A DNA stretch of 64,000 nt, from the NCBI GenBank assembly GCA_030141605.1, contig JAQGDQ010002369.1:62001-126000 (forward strand). Reading direction: 5' to 3'. This stretch comes from Tubiluchus corallicola. Taxonomy: Eukaryota; Animalia; Priapulida. The notes under the pieces were generated by a model. The model was not told where the DNA came from and did not search any database. It was given only the letters and a program-made list of their open reading frames with translations. The first letter of the stretch is position 1, and every line of letters starts with the position of its first letter. This document shows positions 10,315 to 20,858 of the stretch, piece after piece. The position numbers were made by a program, and so were the translations under genes.

Positions 10315-10880
10315 GCATTCCACTTGCGAAGGACGTTGTATCCTCTCTGGGTGGTCAGGACTGTCATGGTCCCTGTTTCCAGGATAAAGAGACGACCTGA
10401 AATGGCAGGAAATTTTAGCCATCGCATGGTGATCAGTCGGAGGAAATGTCCGTGAGAAAAGATAGCGACATCTCCATCTACCTTTGAGATTTTATCTACA
10501 ACTCGATCGGCCCGATCAGAAAGTTGCTGAAGACTTTCTCCTTTTTTAGGAGGGTGGTCCCAAATAGTCCATTCGGGATTATTCGTTTCCTTCCGGATGT
10601 CTGGGGTTGATTTGCCTTCATATTCCCCATACTGCCATTCGACAATATCAGGATCGACTTGGGCATGATCTCCCCAGCCGGCCAGCCGGCAGGTCTCTTC
10701 TGATCTTTGCATGGGGCTTCTCAGCACGAGTTTGAATTTTTTATCGGCCAGTTTCGGCTTTAACATCTCAGCCTGTTTCCTTCCGTTTTCCGTAAGGGGA
10801 ATATCCGTTGAACCAGTGTGCTGACCAGTAAGGGTCCATGCAGTTTCACCGTGGCGCAGTAACCAGATTTCGTTAGCCAT
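10311..10880 (-). CDS. Histidine phosphatase family protein
   Basis: LRHGET and SHGH motifs; start MANEIW at 10880. Confidence 0.9.
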   Translation of the reverse strand: MANEIWLLRHGETAWTLTGQHTGSTDIPLTENGRKQAEMLKPKLADKKFKLVLRSPMQRSEETCRLAGWGDHAQVDPDIVEWQYGEYEGKSTPDIRKETNNPEWTIWDHPPKKGESLQQLSDRADRVVDKISKVDGDVAIFSHGHFLRLITMRWLKFPAISGRLFILETGTMTVLTTQRGYNVLRKWNA

Positions 10881-13029
10881 TTGTTCTTTCCTTGTATGAT
10901 TTTGCAAGGGGTAGATAGTACTTTTCCGTGTATTCTCGCACCATACGATTGGTAGAGAAACGCCCCGTGAGGCGGCCCATTGAATGGCGCATCTTTTTGA
11001 CCCATCCCTCAGGGATTCCTTTATCATTGCGAGTGTAATAGAGAGGGATCACTTCCTCTTTAAGAATCCGATAGAGGTCTTGCGCTTCTTTTTCATCCCA
11101 GGCCGGATCATCCCCATGTTCGTTTCCATCGCCAAGCGCCCAGCCCACTTCAGGCTGGTAGGCTTCCACCCACCATCCATCGAGCTCAGAGAGATTGAGT
11201 CCTCCATTGGCCAATACTTTCATGCCGCTTGTGCCGCTCGCTTCAAAGGGGCGTCTTGGGTTGTTGATCCAGACATCCACCCCATGGACAAGTCTTTCTG
11301 CAATGAGGATGTCATAGTCTTTTAAAAAGAGAGTGTGGTCATGCAAGTTGTTTTGATGGATGAAATCGATCCACTTGTGGACGAGAGCTTTTCCGGCGTT
11401 ATCTTGGGGATGGGCCTTCCCGGCGATGATGAGCTGTACGGGATGTTCTGAATTTTTCAGAATTTCAAGGAACACTTCAGGATGTTGTAGAAGAAGATCG
11501 GCTCTTTTATAGGTAGCAAAACGTCGGGCGAATCCAAGCGTCAATACATCGGGTCTCCAAGCTTGAAGTGTCTTGTCGATCTCTTTTTCCGATCTCCCTA
11601 TATCTTCAAGATGATCGGAATATCTTTTGCAGGCATATTCAATCAGTCTTTTCCGGTTCTTGTTTCTAAATTCCCAAAGAGTTTCATCGGAGAGATTATT
11701 GAGTCCCTTTTCTAAATCTTCCCATTGGCCGAACCATCTATTTTCACCACAGGCCTTTGTCCACAATTCATCGGATGCTCGACCTTCCCAAGAAGGGACA
11801 TGAATCCCATTGGTCACTGATCCCACGGGTACTTTGTCTTCAGGAACATCAGGAAAGAGAGGCTGGAATAGTTTTCGGCTTACTTTTCCATGCAATTCAC
11901 TAACGGCATTGGCAGCCCCTGTTCCACGCGTGGCAAAGTAGGCCATGTTGAATTTTTCCTGTTCATCATTAGGATTGGCACGTCCCATTGCGAGGAAATC
12001 TTTCACTTCGATTCCAAAATGGGAAAGGATAGGTCCGAGATATTGTTCGATCAACTCAGGTTTGAACCGATCGAAACCCGCTGCGACAGGAGTATGTGTT
12101 GTGAAAAGATTTCCACTTTTTGTAGCCTCGAGTGCCTGTTTGAAGCCCGCTTCATGCTTCTTCATGTAATTTTCGATGCGAGCCAAAATAACAAATCCGG
12201 CATGGCCTTCATTGAGGTGGCAGATCTCCGGATGAATTTGTAATTCTTCCAGGAGTTTCCATCCACCCATTCCCAGTATGATCTCCTGTTGAAGCCGGAG
12301 TTCCTGATCTCCTCCATAGAGTTCAGCAGTGATACCCCGATCTGGAGGAGAATTAATGAGGTCGTTGGAGTCGAGAAGGTATAGGGTAATTTTTCCTACT
12401 TGTACTTGCCAGGTCCGTAGCCAAACGATACGCCCTCTCATTTGAATCGGGATTCGTATCCACTGACCATGGGAATCAAACGCTGGGATGACAGGAAGCT
12501 GTGAGGGTTCGTTGTAGGGATAGAGTTCTTTCTGGTTCCCGTTTGCATCGATCATTTGCCGGAAATATCCTACCTGGTAAAGAAGGCCGATGGCTACAAG
12601 AGGAAGTCCTAAATCACTTGCCGATTTTAGATGGTCTCCTGCAAGCATTCCCAACCCTCCGGAATAGATGGGAAGAGCTTCGCTCAGGCCGAATTCCATA
12701 CTGAAATAGGCGATTTTAGAAAGAGGATCCTCTTTATGTTCCTTTTGAAACCATCCCTCCGATTGCATGTTTTCTTGCCGTAGATCGCAGTGCTCTTTCA
12801 ACATCTTCAAAAATTCCTGATCTTTGGCAAGATTGGCAAGTCGGTATTCAGGTACGACTTGTAAAAGGATCCATGGATTTCTTGTGCTGTCCCAAATGAC
12901 CGGATCGATTCTACTCCATAGTTCGTTTGCCTTAAAACTGGAAGAACGGCGTAGGTCTAATGCCAGCTCATAGAGGGGAAGAAGAGGTTCAGGAATGTGT
13001 GGCAAATAGGTATGTCTGAATTGTGTCAT
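10873..13029 (-). CDS. glgP: Alpha-glucan (glycogen) phosphorylase
   Basis: YFSMEFG, YSGGLG, HLNEGH, EASGTSGMK PLP motif. Confidence 0.93.
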   Translation of the reverse strand: MTQFRHTYLPHIPEPLLPLYELALDLRRSSSFKANELWSRIDPVIWDSTRNPWILLQVVPEYRLANLAKDQEFLKMLKEHCDLRQENMQSEGWFQKEHKEDPLSKIAYFSMEFGLSEALPIYSGGLGMLAGDHLKSASDLGLPLVAIGLLYQVGYFRQMIDANGNQKELYPYNEPSQLPVIPAFDSHGQWIRIPIQMRGRIVWLRTWQVQVGKITLYLLDSNDLINSPPDRGITAELYGGDQELRLQQEIILGMGGWKLLEELQIHPEICHLNEGHAGFVILARIENYMKKHEAGFKQALEATKSGNLFTTHTPVAAGFDRFKPELIEQYLGPILSHFGIEVKDFLAMGRANPNDEQEKFNMAYFATRGTGAANAVSELHGKVSRKLFQPLFPDVPEDKVPVGSVTNGIHVPSWEGRASDELWTKACGENRWFGQWEDLEKGLNNLSDETLWEFRNKNRKRLIEYACKRYSDHLEDIGRSEKEIDKTLQAWRPDVLTLGFARRFATYKRADLLLQHPEVFLEILKNSEHPVQLIIAGKAHPQDNAGKALVHKWIDFIHQNNLHDHTLFLKDYDILIAERLVHGVDVWINNPRRPFEASGTSGMKVLANGGLNLSELDGWWVEAYQPEVGWALGDGNEHGDDPAWDEKEAQDLYRILKEEVIPLYYTRNDKGIPEGWVKKMRHSMGRLTGRFSTNRMVREYTEKYYLPLAKSYKERTNG

Positions 13030-14171
13030 GATGCCCTCAACAAAGTTTGGGTATGTCTTGCAATCATCAAATCTTCATTGGTCGGAACTACCTTGATTTG
13101 GATTTTGCTTTTAGCAGAAGAAATGTCTCTTTCATTTTTTTCATTTTTTACCGGATCGATGTTGATTCCAAAACAGGATAGCTTGTTACAAATCTCTTTT
13201 CTCACGTAGGCTCCTCTTTCTCCGATCCCGCCTGTAAATACCAAAATATCCAATCCTTCTAAAACGGCAATGAATGAAGCGATGGTCTTTCGGAGCTGGT
13301 AGCAAAAAAGATCAATGGCGAGTTGAGCACGCAAATTTTCCTTTCTTAGATCGATCAACTCTTTCATGTCATTACTAACACCGGAAATACCTAATAGTCC
13401 CGATTGGTGATCGACCAGTTTTGCTACTTCTTCAGCGCTGAGATGTTTTTCTCTTAGAAAGTAAAGAAGAATACCCGGATCGAGATCACCCGTTCTCGTT
13501 CCCATCATGAATCCACCGGTAGGGGTTAGGCCCATTGTTGTGTCCATAGGTTTTGTCCCAATCGTAGCAGCTGCGCTTGCACCGTTTCCCAAATGACAAA
13601 TGATGATCCGTTCCATTTTTGGTTCCAACTTCGACAGAATGTACTCATAGGAAAGTCCATGGAAGCCATAACGCCTAACTCCTTGTTCGTAATATTTATA
13701 AGGTAGTGCAAAGCGTTTGGCAATCTCGGGCATTCGTTGATGAAAAGCTGTGTCGAAACACACGACTTGCGGAAGATGGGGAAAGTGGGACCTCACCCCT
13801 TTAATCCCTTCGATCTCTGCTGGAAGATGAAGGGGAGCGTATGGAATTAGTTTCACTAACTTGGAAAGGATCTCATCGTTCACTATTTCCGGTTTGTAAT
13901 AGGTTTTCCCCCCATGCACAATCCGATGGCCGACAGCCGTAGGATTGGGCATTTTCAACTCTTCCAGTGTTTCAAATAGTATGCGGAGAGCCTCTCTGTG
14001 ATTGGGAAAGGACTGCTTTTCTTCATGCAGTTTCTTTCCATTTTTCTTAATCCAGAAGATCCCTGTTTTCGCTCCAATCCTCTCGATTTGACCATTCGCC
14101 AAAAGAGTCTCGCCATCATAGAGAGCAAATTTTAAAGAGGAAGATCCGCTGTTTAGTGAAAGAACAATCAA
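13026..14171 (-). CDS. ackA: Acetate kinase
   Basis: LNSGSSSLK, GHRIVHGG, FDTAFH, HLGNGAS, FTGGIGE. Confidence 0.93.
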   Translation of the reverse strand: MIVLSLNSGSSSLKFALYDGETLLANGQIERIGAKTGIFWIKKNGKKLHEEKQSFPNHREALRILFETLEELKMPNPTAVGHRIVHGGKTYYKPEIVNDEILSKLVKLIPYAPLHLPAEIEGIKGVRSHFPHLPQVVCFDTAFHQRMPEIAKRFALPYKYYEQGVRRYGFHGLSYEYILSKLEPKMERIIICHLGNGASAAATIGTKPMDTTMGLTPTGGFMMGTRTGDLDPGILLYFLREKHLSAEEVAKLVDHQSGLLGISGVSNDMKELIDLRKENLRAQLAIDLFCYQLRKTIASFIAVLEGLDILVFTGGIGERGAYVRKEICNKLSCFGINIDPVKNEKNERDISSAKSKIQIKVVPTNEDLMIARHTQTLLRAS

Positions 14172-16522
14172 TGGCTCCAGCTCCAGTTGGCAATCTCAGG
14201 CATGTCTTCGCCATGAGTATGAATGTATTGCTTATGATAGGTCAATTTGTCATGACATTCTGCAATGAAATCTCCCGCAGCTGACTTTAACCTAGGCACA
14301 TTGTCCAGAGCTCTAATTGCAAGATGGAACCGGCTTGTTTTATTGCAAACGACCATGTCAAAAGGCGTGGTTGTCGTTCCTTCTTCAATATATCCACTTA
14401 CATGGAAACGGTGTGGGTTTGGCCTTTGATAAATGAGTTCCTTGACAACCCGAGGATGGCCATGAAAAGCGAAAATGACCGGCACATCTTCCGTGAACAG
14501 CTCGATGAAGGCTTCATGATTGAATCCATGGGGATGGTCTGCTTCAGGCAATAGCGTCATCAGGTCGACCACATTGACCATGCGGATCTTTAAGTCGGGA
14601 AACTGCCTTCTCATGATCCATACCGCAGCCATTATTTCCAAAGTCGGAGTATCTCCAGCGGATGCCATGACAATATCAGGACGACCCTCATGGGAGGCAA
14701 AAGGCCAAATCGATGCGCCCTGATTACAGTGATTATAGGCTGTATGTGCATCGAGCCATTGCGGCATTGGCTGCTTGCCAGCAATGATCAAATTGACATA
14801 GTTTCTGCTTCTCAGACAGTGGTCCATGATGGAAAGAAGACAATTGCCATCAGGGGGAAGATAGATACGGGAAACATCTCCCTTCTTTTCCAATACAGAT
14901 TCAATGAAACCGGGACCCTGGTGGCTATAGCCATTATGATCCTGTCTCCAGGCATGAGAAGTGAGAAGGTAATTCAAGGAAGCGATCGGTTTTCTCCAGC
15001 CAAGTTCCTTGCAAGCCTTAAGCCATTTGGCATGTTGGTTCAACATCGAATCAACGATGATCGCAAAGGCTTCATAGCAGGGAAAAAGACCGTGGTGGCC
15101 GGTCAAAAGATATCCCTCTAACCAACCCTGGCAAAGGTGTTCACTCAATACTTCCATAACTCTTCCGTCAGAGGCCAGATGATCATCGCTATCGAGGACC
15201 TTTCCCAAGTACATACGGTTGGTCACTTCAAATACGTTACCGAGACGGTTCGAGTTCGTCTCATCGGGGCAGAAGATACGGAAATTGCTCTCTTCTTCAT
15301 TTTCCTTGAAGACATCACGCAGGAATTTTCCACATTCTCGTGTGGCTTCTCCGATGATTTCTCCCGGACTTGGAATATCAAATTTATAATCCATAAAATT
15401 GGGAAGCTTGAGATCTTTTAAAAGCAAACCTCCATTGGCATAGGGAATGCTTCCCATTCGCAGTTCCTTTTTAGGAACAAGAGAAAGAACTTTGTCGATA
15501 GGCTTTCCACTGGGCTCGAAGAGTTTCTCCGGATGATAGCTTTTCAACCATTCATCCAGGATTTTTAGATGTTTGGGATTTGTAGCCACTCCGGCCATAG
15601 GAACCTGGTGAGAACGGAATGTTCCTTCGACTTTTTTACCATCGACCACTTTCGGTCCTGTCCAACCTTTTAGGGACTTGAAAACAATCATCGGCCAATG
15701 AGGCAGACTATGTACTCCCTTGGTTTTTGCTTCTTTTTGGATCTTTCGTATTTCTGCATAAGCCCAGTCAAGCGCTTCCCAAAAAGCTCGGTGCATTGGA
15801 TCAGGGTCTGTTCCTTCTACCCACCTTACCTGATAGCCGCACCCTTCGAAGAATTTTTTTGCTTCTTCTTCGTCCATGCGGCCGAATACTGTAGGGCCGG
15901 AAATTTTATATTCATTCAAATGCAGAATAGGTAGTACGGCACCATCACGGGCCGGATTCAGAAATTTATTAGAGTGCCAACTCGTTGCAAGAGGGCCTGT
16001 TTCCGCTTCTCCATCACCTACGACACAAGCTGCGATGAGATCAGGGTGATCGAACACGGCTCCATAAGCATGAACGAGAGAATAACCGAGCTCTCCTCCT
16101 TCATGGATCGAACCAGGAGTTGGAGGACTGACATGAGACGGCACACCGCCTGGCCAGGAAAATTCCTTCATTAATTTTTCTATTCCACCGACATCCATAG
16201 ACAGTTCGGGGTAAGTTTCCGTCATACATCCTTCGAGCCACACATTGGCACGCAAAGCAGGTCCTCCATGGCCGGGACCGGTGATGTAGATGAATTGAGC
16301 TCCTGTATCCTGAATCAGCCGGTTGAGGTGAACGTAGATGAAATTCAGACCGGGAGAAGTTCCCCAGTGTCCTAACAGACGCTTTTTTACATGCTCCGAC
16401 GTCAAAGGTTCTCTCAATAGGGGATTGTCCCGAAGATAGATTTGTCCTACCGACAAATAGTTGGACGCATCCCAGTAAAGATTCATGTTTTTAAGTCTTT
16501 CGTCTGAAATTTTTGAACTCAT
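14168..16522 (-). CDS. xfp: Xylulose-5-P/fructose-6-P phosphoketolase
   Basis: GHWGTSPG, HEGGELGY, GDGEAETGPL, QDHNGYSHQ, EEGTTTTPFDM. Confidence 0.95.
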   Translation of the reverse strand: MSSKISDERLKNMNLYWDASNYLSVGQIYLRDNPLLREPLTSEHVKKRLLGHWGTSPGLNFIYVHLNRLIQDTGAQFIYITGPGHGGPALRANVWLEGCMTETYPELSMDVGGIEKLMKEFSWPGGVPSHVSPPTPGSIHEGGELGYSLVHAYGAVFDHPDLIAACVVGDGEAETGPLATSWHSNKFLNPARDGAVLPILHLNEYKISGPTVFGRMDEEEAKKFFEGCGYQVRWVEGTDPDPMHRAFWEALDWAYAEIRKIQKEAKTKGVHSLPHWPMIVFKSLKGWTGPKVVDGKKVEGTFRSHQVPMAGVATNPKHLKILDEWLKSYHPEKLFEPSGKPIDKVLSLVPKKELRMGSIPYANGGLLLKDLKLPNFMDYKFDIPSPGEIIGEATRECGKFLRDVFKENEEESNFRIFCPDETNSNRLGNVFEVTNRMYLGKVLDSDDHLASDGRVMEVLSEHLCQGWLEGYLLTGHHGLFPCYEAFAIIVDSMLNQHAKWLKACKELGWRKPIASLNYLLTSHAWRQDHNGYSHQGPGFIESVLEKKGDVSRIYLPPDGNCLLSIMDHCLRSRNYVNLIIAGKQPMPQWLDAHTAYNHCNQGASIWPFASHEGRPDIVMASAGDTPTLEIMAAVWIMRRQFPDLKIRMVNVVDLMTLLPEADHPHGFNHEAFIELFTEDVPVIFAFHGHPRVVKELIYQRPNPHRFHVSGYIEEGTTTTPFDMVVCNKTSRFHLAIRALDNVPRLKSAAGDFIAECHDKLTYHKQYIHTHGEDMPEIANWSWSH

Positions 16523-16602
16523 GCTACACCTCGCTAAAGATTGGTATAGCAAATTTCTTTTAATTTAGGAGAACAAATCCAAAATCTATGCAAAAAAGCT
16601 TT

Positions 16603-17877
16603 TCAAGCTTTTACACTTGAAGAGCAAGTTCTTGGAGGTTCTGTTTCCCTAGTCAGAAAAGTAAAAGTAACAAGCCAGTTTGCCGCCCAGTTCGTACAGG
16701 TAGCGACACTAGAACCGAGGCCTCGAATTCGTAAGGGATATACTTCAGAGATCATGAGCCACATGACCGGTCCCAGACTGAATGCAAAACAGGCGATGTA
16801 AAGCACCATGCTCCCCATAGCCATCCATTGCATATTCGACTGCTGTTTGTCTCCGTGGAACACATAGGCAAGGCCTAAAAGGCCCAAGCACATTCCTGCG
16901 ACTCCCAACAGAAGAAGAGGGCGTCTCCCCCATAGATCGATCAAGGGAAGTGCGACTACCGTAAAAATAACAAAAACAGCCCCTATTCCCATCGTGGCCA
17001 ATATGGCTATCGTTGCATCGTGAAATCCAGCCATCTGGAAAATGGTAGGAGCGTAATAAATAATTGTATTGATCCCGGTCACCTGCTGAATAATGGCAAG
17101 GCCCATTCCAATCAAAAGTGTGATCCGGATATGGGAAGAAAAGAGCATTTTCCAGGTTCCTTTCTGTTGTTCCAGGCTTTTTTCGATCTGCTGCAGTTCT
17201 TTTTCTACGTTCGCGTGTTCTTCCCGAATTTTTTTTAATATTTTGAGTGCTTTTTTTCTTTCACCCTTCGAGGCTATCCAACGTGGGCTGTAAGGCAAAA
17301 AGAGCATTCCGAAAAATAGAAATAGGGCAGGGACTACACCAACGGCCAACATACCTCTCCACTCTTCGTAAAAAGCAAAAAAGAAATCGACGACATAAGA
17401 AAGAAAGATTCCTACACCGATGGCAAGCTGATTGAGAGAGACCAGAGCGCCTCTGTATTTTGCTGGAGAAATCTCTGAAATATATAGGGGAGCGATGTAG
17501 GAAGAAACACCGATCGCAATTCCAACGACAATTCTTGCAATGATCAGAGTCCATACTTCAGGTGCCAAGGCGCAAACAATGGAACCGACGGCAAAAATGA
17601 CAGCATCGATGATCAACAAACGTTTTCTACCGATATGGTCAGCAAGCCTTCCGCTGAATATGGCTCCGATGAAAGCTCCGATCAATACGGAACTGACTAC
17701 GACGCCATTCATCTGAGGGGAAAGATTGAAATCTTTTTCAATAAAAAGGATTGCCCCTGATATGACGCCAGTATCGTATCCAAACAATAGACCTGCAAAG
17801 GCTGCGACGAGTGCGAAAACGATGTAGAAATGGCTCTTCTTTTTAGGCAGTTCATCTTGAAGATCAAGTGCTTTCAT
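16603..17877 (-). CDS. Sugar porter family MFS transporter, C-terminally truncated
   Basis: LFGYDTGVISG, GRKR, QQVTGIN, SEVYP; lacks TM12 and the PETKG motif. Confidence 0.85.
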   Translation of the reverse strand: MKALDLQDELPKKKSHFYIVFALVAAFAGLLFGYDTGVISGAILFIEKDFNLSPQMNGVVVSSVLIGAFIGAIFSGRLADHIGRKRLLIIDAVIFAVGSIVCALAPEVWTLIIARIVVGIAIGVSSYIAPLYISEISPAKYRGALVSLNQLAIGVGIFLSYVVDFFFAFYEEWRGMLAVGVVPALFLFFGMLFLPYSPRWIASKGERKKALKILKKIREEHANVEKELQQIEKSLEQQKGTWKMLFSSHIRITLLIGMGLAIIQQVTGINTIIYYAPTIFQMAGFHDATIAILATMGIGAVFVIFTVVALPLIDLWGRRPLLLLGVAGMCLGLLGLAYVFHGDKQQSNMQWMAMGSMVLYIACFAFSLGPVMWLMISEVYPLRIRGLGSSVATCTNWAANWLVTFTFLTRETEPPRTCSSSVKA

Positions 17878-17957
17878 AGTTTCCCATGGTTTTTTAGGAA
17901 CTATTCCATAGCAGTTGAATGTTGTAAAGAAAGGTAAAGAATCTTATTGAACGTAAC

Positions 17958-18875
17958 TCAAGAATTGGATTTGGAATAAGATCTGGGATCTGTTTCTCCC
18001 AGCCATTTTTTGCTTATTTTAATCAGGCGATTAAGGAGAGGTTGATCTCCGGGCTGCATGTGGCCTGTATCCAGATTGATGATTGTTTTTGGCTCAGGGA
18101 CCATTTTCTGTAGCTTCTTTGCACTATGGTAAGGAATCTGTCTGTCCTGTTTGCCATTGATGATGAGAAAATTTCCCTTCATGTACTGAAGATGCTTGGT
18201 GGGTTCAAGGGGCCGGAAGAGCATTGTTGCAAAGGACGCACGTGCTATCTTCATCGCATGCGATCCTTTGAAGTTTGCATAAAACATATGATAGAGGCCA
18301 GCTCCTCCATATCCCAGGACTCCGGGTCCCAATTGCATTTGTCGAACTTCTGCAAGGTGATAAATGGCAGGGACAAAAAGAGCGCCAAAACTGAAACCCA
18401 TGATGGACGGAGGCAGGTGATCGGAAAAGGGCGTCTGTTTGAGCCAGTATGTGATCGCAAGAATCTGGGAAGGAATATTGAGTGCAGACCTTCTGATCGT
18501 GGGGATGTGAAGCAGGCCTTTTAAGCCTTTGAATAGTTTCAGGCTTTGCGGATATTCATAGGCGATGAGAGCAAAGGGGCCGTGATCGGGTATGTATTGC
18601 AGACTCTCACGGCCAGTGCCTACTCCTGCTAAAATGATGATGCAGGGAAAAGGACCTTCTGCATTTTTAGGGAGACTCACTGTAAAACGGACCATTCCTG
18701 CATCGGAAGTTTGTAAGACAATATCGGTATACGTTCGATCTTCTACCTGATAGCTATTTTCACTCTCTAGTTCGATAGGGAGGATCTTTCTCTCTATGGC
18801 CTTGATATCTTCTGAAGCCTGCAAAGAAACAAATAGGCAAATGGATGTGAATAGGATCCAGCTTGTAAGATTCAT
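17958..18875 (-). CDS. Secreted alpha/beta hydrolase
   Basis: Signal-like N-terminus, GFSFG nucleophile elbow, G..D and GH near the C-terminus. Confidence 0.6.
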   Translation of the reverse strand: MNLTSWILFTSICLFVSLQASEDIKAIERKILPIELESENSYQVEDRTYTDIVLQTSDAGMVRFTVSLPKNAEGPFPCIIILAGVGTGRESLQYIPDHGPFALIAYEYPQSLKLFKGLKGLLHIPTIRRSALNIPSQILAITYWLKQTPFSDHLPPSIMGFSFGALFVPAIYHLAEVRQMQLGPGVLGYGGAGLYHMFYANFKGSHAMKIARASFATMLFRPLEPTKHLQYMKGNFLIINGKQDRQIPYHSAKKLQKMVPEPKTIINLDTGHMQPGDQPLLNRLIKISKKWLGETDPRSYSKSNS

Positions 18876-19207
18876 CGAGCTTCTCCCCCTATTTTCTCGA
18901 TACAAAGTTTGAGGTTTTTTGGCATCCTGTAAGGTTGTCTTTTTTAGGGCATAAACGTTACCTTTTGACAGTTAACGAGTTGCGAAAATCTGCCCTAAGT
19001 CGTTGATATATAGATCCTGAATGAAAGTAATTATCCTCTACCTGGTTAATCTCAATACTAAAAAAGTGTAAATAATTAATTTTAATCTTTGATAGTTAGG
19101 GTTATGCGTATGTTAAGTTATTTTAACTAATCATTGAAAATTATATATTTAAGTACTATAGAAGTAACTTCTTGATAAGAAAATACAGTGTAATAAAGAG
19201 GCTTAAA

Positions 19208-19633
19208 ATGACTGTTGAAACTATGAGAGCTCCTTCTCGCCTAAGAAGAAGAGTAGGATTCGAAGGAAAGGGTTCTGCTGAAGTTCAATCCACAGAAGGA
19301 AGAAAGGACTTTTCTTCTTTCAAAATGCAAGGCATCCATTTTGCATCTTTTTTCATTGCTCCTGTCGTAATGCTGGGCAAAACATTCACCAGCCTGTACA
19401 AAATGCTCGTAAATACTGGCGCTTTCGGCCTTTCTGTTTTTACGACAATCTGGACTTTAGGACAGTGGCGTCAATCGATTAAGATTGTTGAGAAAAGCTT
19501 TTTCGGAATCTTGCAGAATGCAGGCGAAGTAGTTTGGAGTCTATTATCTCTCGTTGGAATGGAAGTAATGTTCCTGCTTGGAGCAATCGTACATCCAAAC
19601 ATTCCTTTTCTCGCTACTAATCGAGAAATGTAA
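19208..19633 (+). CDS. Hypothetical membrane protein
   Basis: ORF after an AT-rich promoter region; several hydrophobic segments. Confidence 0.5.
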   Translation: MTVETMRAPSRLRRRVGFEGKGSAEVQSTEGRKDFSSFKMQGIHFASFFIAPVVMLGKTFTSLYKMLVNTGAFGLSVFTTIWTLGQWRQSIKIVEKSFFGILQNAGEVVWSLLSLVGMEVMFLLGAIVHPNIPFLATNREM

Positions 19634-20315
19634 TTCGAGGACGAAGAATAGGGTAGAGATCGAGATTCTTTGAAAGGGGCTCGATTCTGTCTACTTTAGC
19701 TGGTCGGGGGAGTGGATATTCGAGAGGATCTCCCCAATTTAAAATCACATCCTTGATCTCACATCCCAATGAAAAATCATCCGGAAAAAATTCTTTGATT
19801 TCCCCATAACTCTTATATTGAGAAGAGGGACGGGGCCCTTTCTCGCTTTTTTTCACAACCAGGCCAATCTCATAAGTGGAAAAAGCTGAGATCTTCCTGC
19901 AGTCGAATCCCGCGTGGATCAGATGGTGGCAGATTAGGGGAAGGCTCCATGCGCTCAAATGGCCTGAAACGATCCTTTCTGTCGGATGTCTAGGCAAACA
20001 CATTGCAAGAAGGCCACCCTCTTTTAGAAGACTGTAGATCTTGTCTAGAAATAGCCCAGGATTCCTTTGATGCTCTAAAACATGGCAGCACCAGATGACA
20101 TCAAAGCTCCCTTCAATAGGCGCCTCAAGGAAATCACCGACATAGTCTGCCTGATGACGAAGGTCATTGGAGGTCACATCCTTTCCAAAAAGCTCAAAGG
20201 CACGTTTGTGCTCCCCTGGCCCTGTTCCAATGTCCAACACTGTCTGAAAGGTCTCATCACGAAGAAGTTTTAAAAGAGTATGCAGTCCCCAGTTCAGTTG
20301 AAAGGTAGCTATCAT
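19617..20315 (-). CDS. Class I SAM-dependent methyltransferase
   Basis: VLDIGTGPG, FDVIWCCHVLEH, LKEGG; start MIATF chosen. Confidence 0.85.
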   Translation of the reverse strand: MIATFQLNWGLHTLLKLLRDETFQTVLDIGTGPGEHKRAFELFGKDVTSNDLRHQADYVGDFLEAPIEGSFDVIWCCHVLEHQRNPGLFLDKIYSLLKEGGLLAMCLPRHPTERIVSGHLSAWSLPLICHHLIHAGFDCRKISAFSTYEIGLVVKKSEKGPRPSSQYKSYGEIKEFFPDDFSLGCEIKDVILNWGDPLEYPLPRPAKVDRIEPLSKNLDLYPILRPRITFLD

Positions 20316-20322
20316 TTGGGAA

Positions 20323-20757
20323 TTACTCTCCCAAAGCTTCGACTTGAAGGACGAATGCCTTGAGTGCAGAAGCGATGTCTTTTTTGATTCTTTTGCAAAG
20401 GAGGTGTCTGAAAGGAAGGGAAAAGATACCTTTGAAACTGACGCGATAGGTGATCTTTGAGCCATTTTCTTCAGGTTCGACCAAATAATGAAAAATAAGC
20501 TTTATAAAAAGAGCCTTCCATAAAATCGTAAAGCTCTTTCCTTCTTGAATATCAATAATTTTATAGGGAACACCTTTTCCTTTTTTCGATACAACATGTC
20601 CTTCTTGCCCTACTTCAAAAGACGATTTTTCTTTTTCCCAGGAATTCCAGGAGTTGGCTTTGGCCCAGGTTTTCCAGACACTCTGGGTAGAAGCAGATGA
20701 ATAGGCAGTTTCTTCGACGTATTTCATATGAACCTGAACTGTAGGAAGCGCTTCCAT
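20323..20757 (-). CDS. SRPBCC/polyketide cyclase-like protein
   Basis: A...VWKTW...NSW..W pattern, size and beta-rich core. Confidence 0.55.
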   Translation of the reverse strand: MEALPTVQVHMKYVEETAYSSASTQSVWKTWAKANSWNSWEKEKSSFEVGQEGHVVSKKGKGVPYKIIDIQEGKSFTILWKALFIKLIFHYLVEPEENGSKITYRVSFKGIFSLPFRHLLCKRIKKDIASALKAFVLQVEALGE

Positions 20758-20858
20758 GTCTTATTTGAAGCTCTTGTAAGAATCGTACAGCCTTTGTTCG
20801 AAAGTTTGTACTTATTTCCTTTTTTTTTTATCATAGCACCCTTCATCAATAGGGTCTT

